From Armatimonadota bacterium (GTDB taxonomy: Bacteria > Armatimonadota > UBA5829): 64,000 bases of DNA. How positions within the stretch are numbered: position 1 is the first letter of the stretch; each line of letters starts with the position of its first letter. Position numbers and translations under genes: made by a program. Where the stretch lies: positions 3,867 through 67,866 of the forward strand of contig JAPLCU010000008.1 in the NCBI GenBank assembly GCA_026392045.1. Direction: 5' to 3'. Below, in pieces: positions 8,068 through 16,200 of the stretch. The notes under the pieces were generated by a model. That model worked only from the letters and a program-made list of their open reading frames with translations, was not told the DNA's origin and made no database searches.

Positions 8068-8907
8068 ATGAACCCAAATAATACTCTAATATCGTTTTCA
8101 CAGGCGCTCTACAGCCAATGGTTTTATCACAAGCCAACCCGGTGTTTATTCGACGCGGGGGAGGGCGTCGCCACAACTCTTGGCAAGAAGGTCCATGCCA
8201 TACGCAGCGTGTTTTTGACCCATGGGCACGAAGACCATATCGCCGGCATATCCAATTTGGTCAATGTTCGAAATCTGACCTCCGGGGAGCACGACAAGCC
8301 ACTCAGCATATATTATCCGCGCCACGATCGCTGGATAGACGCGCTTATAGAATATGTTGAGAAAAAGCAGACCGGCTTCATCCAATACCCGTTGTATGTG
8401 CAGCCTTTGGAGCCGGGCGATGAAGTCGAGATTGAGGTTGCAAAACGGCCGACTCGGGTGGTTGCTTTCGAAATGAAACACTCGCGGGGGCAGTTGTGCC
8501 TGGGCTATGAAATACAGGAAGAACGCAGGTTTATAGACGATGCAACCGGCAGCCATGTGACCCGATATCACCCGACATTTTTCTATTCTGGCGACGGATA
8601 CGAGCCGGTTTATACGTCGCTGCCGTGCAGCCGAATAGATATTGCCGTGCACGAAGCGACGTTTCTGGGCCGCGATGCAAATCTTGCCTCGGCGCTGATG
8701 GGCGCTCGCCACGCCACGCTCGATCACGTCATGGACTGGGCCGCGAGCCAGGATATGAAATTGCTGATCTTATGCCATATATCCGATCGCTATCACCTTG
8801 ATGAGGTGATTGCCGGCGCTCTGGAAGCAAAGGCGAAATACGGCTTCAGGGGTGAGCTTTACATTGCTCATCGTCATGAAATATTGCGGGTATCGGGTGG
8901 GGATTGA
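8068..8907 (+). CDS. MBL-fold metallo-hydrolase, RNase Z/ElaC-like
   Basis: THGHEDHIAG (HxHxDH), HEATF and LILCHISDRY are characteristic of RNase Z-type beta-lactamase-fold enzymes. Confidence 0.7.
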   Translation: MNPNNTLISFSQALYSQWFYHKPTRCLFDAGEGVATTLGKKVHAIRSVFLTHGHEDHIAGISNLVNVRNLTSGEHDKPLSIYYPRHDRWIDALIEYVEKKQTGFIQYPLYVQPLEPGDEVEIEVAKRPTRVVAFEMKHSRGQLCLGYEIQEERRFIDDATGSHVTRYHPTFFYSGDGYEPVYTSLPCSRIDIAVHEATFLGRDANLASALMGARHATLDHVMDWAASQDMKLLILCHISDRYHLDEVIAGALEAKAKYGFRGELYIAHRHEILRVSGGD

Positions 8908-9121
8908 CAGGTTGAATCACAGGACAAAACTTGGGCGTCGGGTGTTTCGGGAAACTTGTTCCCGAAACCATATCCGCTTAGTTGTTGGGTTAGCTGTTTC
9001 GGGATTTCCGGGTTGGGTTAAACGCCTGGATTATGGTTTGATAGGCTTGTGGTCCAACCCTCAAATCCCGAAAGACCAAGCTTATTCTCTAGGTTGTGCG
9101 AGGGTCTCCCGACCCCGCATT

Positions 9122-9316
9122 TTATTCCAAAATCTTCTCAACTCTCCCCACTTTCCCATCCGTGAGCATAACTTTAATCCCGTGCGGGTGGTTGGGGGAC
9201 TTTGTCAGGAGTTTCGCGACGACTCCCTCGGTGAGCGTTCCCGTGAGCTGGTTTTGCTTTTCCACGACCTGCACACGCTTGCCGGGGGTGATGGCGCTTC
9301 TGTTTTGGATGGGCAT
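9122..9316 (-). CDS. YwbE family small protein (DUF2196)
   Basis: 64 aa. PGKRVQVVEKQNQLTGTLTEGVV, HPHGIKVML and DGKVGRV match the YwbE pattern. The start overlaps the upstream stop by 1 nt. Confidence 0.65.
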   Translation of the reverse strand: MPIQNRSAITPGKRVQVVEKQNQLTGTLTEGVVAKLLTKSPNHPHGIKVMLTDGKVGRVEKILE

Positions 9317-9900
9317 TATTTACCGCCTCCTGATTTCAGCGCGAGCATCGCTGTCTTGATCTGAACTTTCATAAGCCCGATCAGCGCCTTGGAACCGATG
9401 TTGCACTCCTTAGCCGAGAGCTCATCGATAGCTGCATTGCAGAAATAAGCTGTGCATTGAATAGGGCGAAGCTCGTAAGGGATTCGACAGCCCATGGTCG
9501 TCAATTCAGGGCAATAGCCCGAAACCGGCTGAGAGCCCTCTGCTGCCGCGCATCCGCCCTTAATCGTATGAGCTGCCATCTCGCCATCTTTCCTGCGAGC
9601 GGCGCGGTGCTTTGTCTCAGGAAGCTGCAAAACCCTATCGGTAAACGCATCCCGCTCCCGCGCGCCCCCACAGCACTTACCCTTGCAATCAGCGCAGACA
9701 TGATCATGACTGCTCCCGATGCGATTTAGAATTCGCTGGTATTTCCTGCGTTTGTGGTCGAGTTTTTTGAGGTCAAGCCTGCGGCCCTCAAGGCTCCGGC
9801 CCTTCTCAAAGATTCTAGCGGCGTGGTTGAAGATAATCTCATTGGTCCGAAACGCCGGCCGAGACCACCAAAGAAAGCGAATTCGCGATAAACGGCTCAT
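9316..9900 (-). CDS. YkgJ-type cysteine-cluster protein (UPF0153-like)
   Basis: CADCKGKCCGG (CxxCxxxCC), plus downstream Cys residues CPELTTMGC and CTAYFC. Confidence 0.45.
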   Translation of the reverse strand: MSRLSRIRFLWWSRPAFRTNEIIFNHAARIFEKGRSLEGRRLDLKKLDHKRRKYQRILNRIGSSHDHVCADCKGKCCGGARERDAFTDRVLQLPETKHRAARRKDGEMAAHTIKGGCAAAEGSQPVSGYCPELTTMGCRIPYELRPIQCTAYFCNAAIDELSAKECNIGSKALIGLMKVQIKTAMLALKSGGGK

Positions 9901-9974
9901 ACTGTGATTCCTTTCAGCTTTCAGCTATCAGCCGTCAGCTATCAGCTTTTAATTCAACACCGAAGGATAATAGT

Positions 9975-10011
9975 CTTGTAAGAGAAGGGGCGTGACCAAG
10001 AGCCACACCCC
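9975..10011 (-). terminator. Possible intrinsic terminator downstream of lysC
   Basis: On the minus strand: GGGGTGTG-GCTCTTGGT-CACGCCCC followed by TTCTCTT. The stem includes one G-U pair and the T-tract is weak. Confidence 0.4.
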
Positions 10012-10038
10012 TATAACCTGCAACCTATTCCCTGCCAC

Positions 10039-11262
10039 TCACACTTTTTCCAGCTCAAAAACCTTATGCAGAGCTTTTACAGCCTGCTGGGCTTTGTCGC
10101 GTTCGATGAGGCAGGTGATACGAATCTCGCTGGTGGTTATAGACAGGATATTGATTTCCTCCGATGCCAGCGTGCTGAACATCTTATCGGCGTAGCCAGG
10201 ATGGCTACGAATGCCGGTGCCAACTATCGATATCTTCGCCACGTTCTGGTCAACAACGAGCTTCTTCGCATTAAGCTCTTTTGCGACAGGCTCCATCACC
10301 TTCAGAGCCTTCTCATAATCGGCATCTGCAATGGTAAACGACAAATCCGCGCATCCGTCAGCACCCATATTCTGCACGATAACATCTATATTAATCTTAG
10401 CCTCGGCGGGTGCATGGAAAACCTTCGCGGCAACACCGGGCTTATCTGGAACTGCAACCAGGGTAAATCTGGTCACATCGGTATCATGAGCAATCCCACG
10501 AACAGGGTTGCGTATTTCCATATCAGGATCCTCCTTCTTAATCAAGGTGCCGGGAACGTTCCTGGCGCTGTGCGCAACCAGAATTTCAACATCGTAGATC
10601 TGTCCGAGCTCCACCGCGCGGGAGTGCATAACGCGCGCTCCCTGCCCAGCCAATTCAAGCATTTCTTCGTAAGAAATAGTATCCAGCTTAACCGCTTCGG
10701 GCACCACGCGAGGGTCGGCATTGTAAATGCCATCCACATCGGTGTAAATCTCGCAGGCATCGGCCTTAATCGCTGCCGCCAATGCTACAGCCGTAGTATC
10801 CGAGCCGCCGCGCCCAAGGGTGGTAATATCCGCCCAACTGGCATTTTCGGTAATGCCCTGGAAACCCGCCACAACTACAACGTTGCCTTTGTCGAGCTCT
10901 TCTATGAGGCGTGTTCCATCCACTTTCCGTATACGCGCCTTCTGGGCCACCTTTTCGGTAATAATTCCAGCCTGACCGCCGGTCAATGAAACTGCTTGCT
11001 GGCCTATACCATGCAGCGCCATCGCGAGCAGCGCGCTGGATTCCTGCTCGCCGGTTGCCAACAGCTTGTCCATCTCCCGATCATCGGGCATAGGGCAAAG
11101 TTGTTTGGCCATGCTAATCAGCTCGTCGGTGGTGTCCCCCATAGCCGAAACCACTACTACTACCTGCGCCTTTTTAGCGCGTTCGGCTATCCGCCTGGCA
11201 ACTGCAGCAATTTTTTCGGTCGTGGCAACTGAGCTTCCACCATATTTTTGAACCACAATCAC
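10039..11262 (-). CDS. lysC: Aspartate kinase
   Basis: MIVVQKYGGSSV, VVVVSAMGDTTDELI, TLGRGGSDTTAV and C-terminal ACT repeats. GTG start with an AAGGAGG RBS. Confidence 0.95.
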   Translation of the reverse strand: MIVVQKYGGSSVATTEKIAAVARRIAERAKKAQVVVVVSAMGDTTDELISMAKQLCPMPDDREMDKLLATGEQESSALLAMALHGIGQQAVSLTGGQAGIITEKVAQKARIRKVDGTRLIEELDKGNVVVVAGFQGITENASWADITTLGRGGSDTTAVALAAAIKADACEIYTDVDGIYNADPRVVPEAVKLDTISYEEMLELAGQGARVMHSRAVELGQIYDVEILVAHSARNVPGTLIKKEDPDMEIRNPVRGIAHDTDVTRFTLVAVPDKPGVAAKVFHAPAEAKINIDVIVQNMGADGCADLSFTIADADYEKALKVMEPVAKELNAKKLVVDQNVAKISIVGTGIRSHPGYADKMFSTLASEEINILSITTSEIRITCLIERDKAQQAVKALHKVFELEKV

Positions 11263-11385
11263 GACGTTTTACCGCCTCCTTCTCACCGCGCTCCCCAAGA
11301 TCCCGCAGCCGCAGTCTTATTTCTCCAAGTTAAGAATATCATATTTATGGATGAGCTGTAAATGAAGGGAGGAGAAAGTTCAGTC

Positions 11386-11487
11386 TTGCGGGAATTACAT
11401 GTCATCCTGAACTCGATTCAGGATCTGTTACGCTTAAGGCTTAGATTCCGAATCAAGTTCGGAATGACAAATACACTAAGACTGAAC
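11386..11487. repeat. ~100-nt nested-hairpin element flanked by 9-nt direct repeats GAAGGGAGG
   Basis: The outer stem AGTTCAGTCTT / AAGACTGAACT encloses two 8-bp-stem hairpins, ATCCTGAA-CTCGA-TTCAGGAT and ATTCCGAA-TCAAG-TTCGGAAT. Confidence 0.7.
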
Positions 11488-11606
11488 TCTTACGAAGGGA
11501 GGTTCGATGGCGCCCATCAACTATCAATAACCAGCATAACCTGGGATTTACAATATGGGCAGGGCGTGATATAATCCATCGTTGAAGTAGCACAGTTAGA
11601 ATATTT

Positions 11607-12524
11607 ATGAAGTGGGAGGTAATTACAGTGGGTTTCGTGTGGTTGGGGATCGTTCTCATAATTGTTTCGTTCTTTCTCAGACGCTTCCATACCCTTACAA
11701 GCGATCAGATAAATCTGACTCCTTGGGCGTGGGCGACAAGGGTACTGGCAATTATTATGATTGTCTTCGGGCTGCTTTTTTCATCAATTGTGATTGTGCC
11801 GGCAGGTTACCGAGGCGTTTTGCTGCGGTTTGGGGCGGTGCACGGCACGCTGTTGGAAGGTATCAGCCTGATACTGCCTTATATGAATTCTGTTCAGCTT
11901 ATTGAAGTCAGGACGCAGAAGGAATCCAGCGAGGCATCGGCAGCATCAAAGGACTTGCAGATTGTGACCACCTCTCTCGCATTGAATTTTCACATAGATC
12001 CATTCATGGTCGGTGATCTCTATAAGAACATCGGCTCCGACTACAAGGTTCGAATCATTGACCCTGCGGTTCAGGAATCGATAAAGATGGTCACAGCCAG
12101 GTATACCGCCGAAGAGCTGATCAAAAATCGCGCGGCGGTGAAAGCTGAGGTCGAGTTAGACATTACCAGGCGCCTCAGGGTTTATAACATACTTGTCGAG
12201 CCATCCGGGCTTTCGATCACCAACTTCAACTTTTCCAACGAGTTCAATGCTGCCATCGAGGCGAAGCAGGTTGCTCAACAGGATGCCGAAAAGCAGAAAT
12301 ACGTATTGCAGATGGCGGATCTCGAGAGGCAAACCCAGATAACCAGGGCCAAAGGCGCATCCGAAGCTGCCAGACTTAATGCCCAGGCGCTGCAGGCACT
12401 AGGAGGCTCAAAGGTGCTCGCCCGCGAGTGGATTGAGAAGTGGGACGGGCACGTGCCCACTGTATCCGGCAGCGGCAATGGAATCATAATTGATATAAAT
12501 TCCCTGCTAAGGACAGCCCGATAG
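11607..12524 (+). CDS. SPFH/Band 7 (prohibitin-like) membrane protein
   Basis: N-terminal TM segments, then VPAGYRGVLLRFGAV, IDPAVQESIK, and the coiled-coil EAKQVAQQDAEKQKY typical of prohibitin homologues. Confidence 0.85.
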   Translation: MKWEVITVGFVWLGIVLIIVSFFLRRFHTLTSDQINLTPWAWATRVLAIIMIVFGLLFSSIVIVPAGYRGVLLRFGAVHGTLLEGISLILPYMNSVQLIEVRTQKESSEASAASKDLQIVTTSLALNFHIDPFMVGDLYKNIGSDYKVRIIDPAVQESIKMVTARYTAEELIKNRAAVKAEVELDITRRLRVYNILVEPSGLSITNFNFSNEFNAAIEAKQVAQQDAEKQKYVLQMADLERQTQITRAKGASEAARLNAQALQALGGSKVLAREWIEKWDGHVPTVSGSGNGIIIDINSLLRTAR

Positions 12525-12680
12525 GAGCTGTGATGGTTAAGTTGTTAAGTTGTTTCGGGAAACCCTTTTCCCGAACCCCATCGGCTCAGATGTTCAGTTT
12601 GGAATGCTGCGGGAATGACGCTAAAGGACGATGCCTCAATTTTCATCAAACGTCAATTCCCGCAGAATACGCAATAATTC

Positions 12681-13259
12681 TCAATTGCCTGACGCAGCAG
12701 CGGGAGCGCTGTGTTGCTCAATTGCAATTTTTGAGGCGATAGATATGAGCTTCAAAAAGTCTATTTTTCCCTTGATTTTAGCAATTTGCGCGCGTTTGAC
12801 AGGCTTGCCATCGACATTCTTGGTCTCAACCTTATAGCCATAGATAGCCTCAAGGCCGCTCTGTACATAAATTGCCAACACACCGCCCTTCGGCTTCGAT
12901 TGCCAAAATACGCGGCTCCATTTGCCTTCGGGAATGTTCTTGCCATAAAAACTGGCAATTTCTGATTCGCTGACACTCGATTTGGCAACTTCCACCTGGA
13001 TCATTTCGATCTGGGTAACATCTTTGAGCACAGCAGCAAGGTCATCCGGGTTCACGCCCTGCATAATCTTACTGATATTATCTGACATCAAGGGCAGTAT
13101 GGCGTTTAGCGTAGGAATGATGTCGGCATTGCCCAGGTTTATTTCCATAGTGACTTCGCCGCCCTTAAATACAGGCAGGTCGGCGGGTTTGTCCTGCGCC
13201 CAGCCAGCGCAAGCAACAAGCATAAGCACCAAGCCCAATAGGACTGATCGTGTTTTCAT
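12681..13259 (-). CDS. Hypothetical lipoprotein/secreted protein
   Basis: MKTRSVLLGLVLMLVACAG (lipobox LVAC) after a GGAGG RBS. No recognisable family. Confidence 0.5.
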   Translation of the reverse strand: MKTRSVLLGLVLMLVACAGWAQDKPADLPVFKGGEVTMEINLGNADIIPTLNAILPLMSDNISKIMQGVNPDDLAAVLKDVTQIEMIQVEVAKSSVSESEIASFYGKNIPEGKWSRVFWQSKPKGGVLAIYVQSGLEAIYGYKVETKNVDGKPVKRAQIAKIKGKIDFLKLISIASKIAIEQHSAPAAASGN

Positions 13260-13281
13260 ATATTTACCTCCAAACGTATTT

Positions 13282-14178
13282 CTATACTTCCGGGTTCGGA
13301 ACCCAAGCGCCGCCTCGACATTTTTTGAGATAATTGAGCGCATGCACCTGGCCCATCATTTCGAGTTCGCCTCTGTAGACCGGGTCATGCCAGCCTTCGA
13401 TGTCAATACTGCCGGTGTAGCCGCCCTGGCGGAGAATGGTGATAATATCGGTCCAGTTGCTGTCGCCGAAGCCGGGTGTGCGGTGGTAGGCGAACTGGTG
13501 CGGGCCAATTATGCCGTGCTCTTTAACTACGTCCTGAAGCACCGTCGCGTCTTTGCCGTGCACGCTGAAAACCTTTTTGATATACTTGCGCAACTGCGGG
13601 ATTGGGTCGATTAGCTTGACCATCTGGTGGCACGGTTCCCACTGCAAGCCGATATTTTCCATGGGAAGAGCATTAAACATCATATCCCACGCGGCGGGAG
13701 TTTGCGCGATGTTCCAATCTCCGCGCTTCCAGTCGCCGCCCATGTCGCAGTTTTCGAATGCCAGGCGCACCCCCTTGTCAGCAGCCTGCTTGGCGAGAGG
13801 CTCGAAAACTTCAACGTAGCGGCTCATGCTTTCATCAATGGGCTTATCGATGAGGCGGCCGGCGAAACCTGTCACGATGTCGCAGCCGAAAAGATGCGCG
13901 GCGTCGATTGCCTTGCGCCAGCCATCACGGGTGCGTTCGTCTATTTCGCGGTGTTCGAGCGGGTTGCCGAATACGCTCAAAGAGCTGATAACCGCGCCGC
14001 TGTCGCCAAGAGCTTCTTTTACTCTTTTGGCAAGGTCGGCAAGGTCAACATCGCCCAGTTCCTGCCAGAAAGTAACCGAAAATGACTCAAAACCGTGCGG
14101 CAGGATTTGCTTGATATATTCGGGAATCTTGTTACCGCAGCTTACGAGCGTTCCTATGCGGATTTTTTCTTTGTGCAT
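13282..14178 (-). CDS. Sugar phosphate isomerase/epimerase (xylose isomerase-like TIM barrel)
   Basis: Typical AP-endonuclease-2/TIM-barrel pattern: HGKD, FENC and IDIEGWHD-type metal-ligand strands. Confidence 0.75.
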   Translation of the reverse strand: MHKEKIRIGTLVSCGNKIPEYIKQILPHGFESFSVTFWQELGDVDLADLAKRVKEALGDSGAVISSLSVFGNPLEHREIDERTRDGWRKAIDAAHLFGCDIVTGFAGRLIDKPIDESMSRYVEVFEPLAKQAADKGVRLAFENCDMGGDWKRGDWNIAQTPAAWDMMFNALPMENIGLQWEPCHQMVKLIDPIPQLRKYIKKVFSVHGKDATVLQDVVKEHGIIGPHQFAYHRTPGFGDSNWTDIITILRQGGYTGSIDIEGWHDPVYRGELEMMGQVHALNYLKKCRGGAWVPNPEV

Positions 14179-14223
14179 TTGTTGCCTCCATTGTTATAGA
14201 CGTTTTTCTGAACTTGCTATTGC

Positions 14224-15237
14224 TTATATCTGAATGGGTATGCGCGCGCCAAGTTTTGAGCTTTCGACCGCCGCGAAGACCATCGCCAGCGACTTGATAT
14301 TGTCATGGCACTCGGTCTCAGGCACTTTGCCGGCGCGGATGAACTCGAGCATGTCGCAGAGGGCGTGTTTCATTGATCTTGTTGCGATCTCCGGCGACGG
14401 AATATCTATATCCTTGAGAGGCACACAGAATTTCGGTGCACCGTCCACAATCTGCCCGACAGGCTGATTATCGTGCTCGAAAAGGATAGTTCCTTTGGCG
14501 CCGATTATGCGCCAGTCGCCGTTCCAGCTTGTGTGGAACCCCTCGGCGCACCAGCTTCCGCGATAGGTGAATATTGAGCCGTCATTCATTTCAAAAATGC
14601 ATGCGGCGGCGGCATCGCCCTTATACCACGAACCTTTGGGGTTGAATTCTTTTGCGTAGACAGCTATTGGGTCCGCACCGGTGAGGCAGCGGGCGAGGTC
14701 GAAGTGATGAATGGCCATATCCAGAATAAGCGGGCTGGGCATTTCATCTCTAAATCCGCCAAAATGCGCGCCGATGTAGAAATCGCAGTTTATTGTGGTG
14801 ATATTGCCGAAAGCGCCTGCCTGGATTGCGTTTTTAATTGCCTGATGCTTGTTTTCCCAACGCCTGGATTGGCTGATCATATACATTTTGCCGGTCCGCT
14901 CAGAGGTTTCGACCATCTTTCGAGCCTCTTCCATACTCGCAGCCATCGGTTTTTCGCCCACTACATGGCAGCCAGCTTCAAGCGCGGTGCAGGTTACGCT
15001 GCAGTGCGCCTCCGGGATGGTAAGGTCTACCACGAAATCGGGCTTTGTCTTTGCGAGTATAGACGCGAGGTCAGTCGATGCCTGAGCGTTTAGTTTGTAT
15101 TGTTCTATCTTTGCGTTCGCCGAGTCTATATTGATATCCACAACTCCCGCAATTTCGACATTCTCAGAAACAAGGTGCGGAAACCACGAGTCGGATATCC
15201 CGCCTGCTCCCACTACCACAGATTTTATGGACACCAT
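14224..15237 (-). CDS. Gfo/Idh/MocA family NAD(P)-dependent oxidoreductase
   Basis: N-terminal Rossmann VVVGAGGIS, EKPMA motif, C-terminal alpha/beta domain. Confidence 0.85.
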   Translation of the reverse strand: MVSIKSVVVGAGGISDSWFPHLVSENVEIAGVVDINIDSANAKIEQYKLNAQASTDLASILAKTKPDFVVDLTIPEAHCSVTCTALEAGCHVVGEKPMAASMEEARKMVETSERTGKMYMISQSRRWENKHQAIKNAIQAGAFGNITTINCDFYIGAHFGGFRDEMPSPLILDMAIHHFDLARCLTGADPIAVYAKEFNPKGSWYKGDAAAACIFEMNDGSIFTYRGSWCAEGFHTSWNGDWRIIGAKGTILFEHDNQPVGQIVDGAPKFCVPLKDIDIPSPEIATRSMKHALCDMLEFIRAGKVPETECHDNIKSLAMVFAAVESSKLGARIPIQI

Positions 15238-15314
15238 AAGCCTGCCTTTCCCGAATTTGGCGTATTACTAGAATATCTTAGGCTTGTAGGCGCACAGTGT
15301 CAATACGCTTGCGC

Positions 15315-15347
15315 GAATTATGAGTTATGAATTTTGAATTATGAATG
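15315..15347. repeat. Heptamer tandem array (AATTATG-type)
   Basis: Reads gaattatgagttatgaattttgaattatgaatg. Related arrays lie at 25942-25973 and, inverted, at 58197-58224. Confidence 0.8.
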
Positions 15348-15468
15348 GGGAAGGGAGCGTTAGGTCACAACACAATCATGGTAGACGTGATTAAAACCAT
15401 AAGTGTGCAGGGAACCATGATCATGGAATACCTGCGCAGAAAACGTGGGTTTTACAGGAGGCAATAAA

Positions 15469-16107
15469 GTGAAATACGCAGCTTCCACATTGATGCTTAT
15501 GATAATGATGTTGATAGGGAGCGCCGTTTGGGCGGCGTGCCCGGGAACCTGCCCGCAGCCGGTGCAGTGTCCTGGGGAATGTCCGCAACCGGCGCTGTGT
15601 CCGAAGACTTGTTGCGAGGCTTCAATACCTGCAGCGGTAGGTATGGGCCCGCAGGGCGATTTGATGGGGATTGGGTGCCCGGACTTTGATCCGGCCTATA
15701 TTCAGAGAGTTTTTCAGCAAAACGCGACAATCATCGCTGTGACCGAGTTCGGTATGCAGCGAGCGACCAACGGAAACTTGCGAGATATCTCCCGTGAGAT
15801 TAACGGACAGTTGGTCAGCGCCAATCAGAAGATGATGCCGGCTTATGCCGGTTGCGGATGTCTTACCGCGGATCAGACGCAAGCCCAAGCCATCATCGCC
15901 GAACTCTGCGGCAGTAGCGGCGAGTGCTTTGACGTCACATACGCTAAGACGCTGTCTGCACTATTGCAGCAGTCTAAGGCTGCAGACGATCTAGCGATGA
16001 CGACAGCGGCAAACACGCAGTTGCAGCAGCAGGCTCAGTTCATGTCTGCCAGGGAGAATGACTGGTCATTCCGCTTGGATAGATGGGTTACTGATCACGG
16101 TTATTAG
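15469..16107 (+). CDS. Secreted protein with an N-terminal Cys-Pro repeat and two DUF4142/DUF305-like helical halves
   Basis: GTG start after AGGAGG. Contains CPGTCPQPVQCPGECPQPALCPKTCC, then two similar segments starting FDPAYIQRVF and FDVTYAKTLS. The family call is weak. Confidence 0.4.
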   Translation: MKYAASTLMLMIMMLIGSAVWAACPGTCPQPVQCPGECPQPALCPKTCCEASIPAAVGMGPQGDLMGIGCPDFDPAYIQRVFQQNATIIAVTEFGMQRATNGNLRDISREINGQLVSANQKMMPAYAGCGCLTADQTQAQAIIAELCGSSGECFDVTYAKTLSALLQQSKAADDLAMTTAANTQLQQQAQFMSARENDWSFRLDRWVTDHGY

Positions 16108-16150
16108 ACCGTAAGTGTATCTTTAGTCATGCATACCAGGTCTAACGACG

Positions 16151-16200
16151 AAAAATGGGCGGCAGACGTAAAGGCTTCTGCCGCCCATTTATTTTTATTT
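16151..16200. terminator. Bidirectional intrinsic terminator between convergent genes
   Basis: AAATGGGCGGCAG-ACGTAAAGGCTT-CTGCCGCCCATTT, flanked by an A-run on the left and TTATTTTTATTT on the right. Confidence 0.7.

Noticed and set aside
10066-10989. Long antisense or out-of-frame ORFs inside confident genes: 10066-10989, 138-806, 6560-7084, 8146-8727, 12982-13614, 25155-25730, 30768-31493, 34203-34790, 34818-35465, 36791-37483, 37808-38548, 40905-41483, 42795-43307, 48069-48686, 49052-49642, 58524-59129, 60014-60625, 62570-63079
   Set aside because: Each lies wholly within a gene that has strong family motifs on the other strand or frame. Their translations are Arg/Ser/His-rich with no recognisable motifs, as is typical of shadow ORFs.
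11263-11400. Lysine (L-box) riboswitch in the lysC leader
   Set aside because: The leader between the nested-hairpin element and the GTG start is only ~120 nt. I could not find the conserved L-box helices or core motifs. A covariance-model search (Rfam RF00168) would be needed to exclude it formally.
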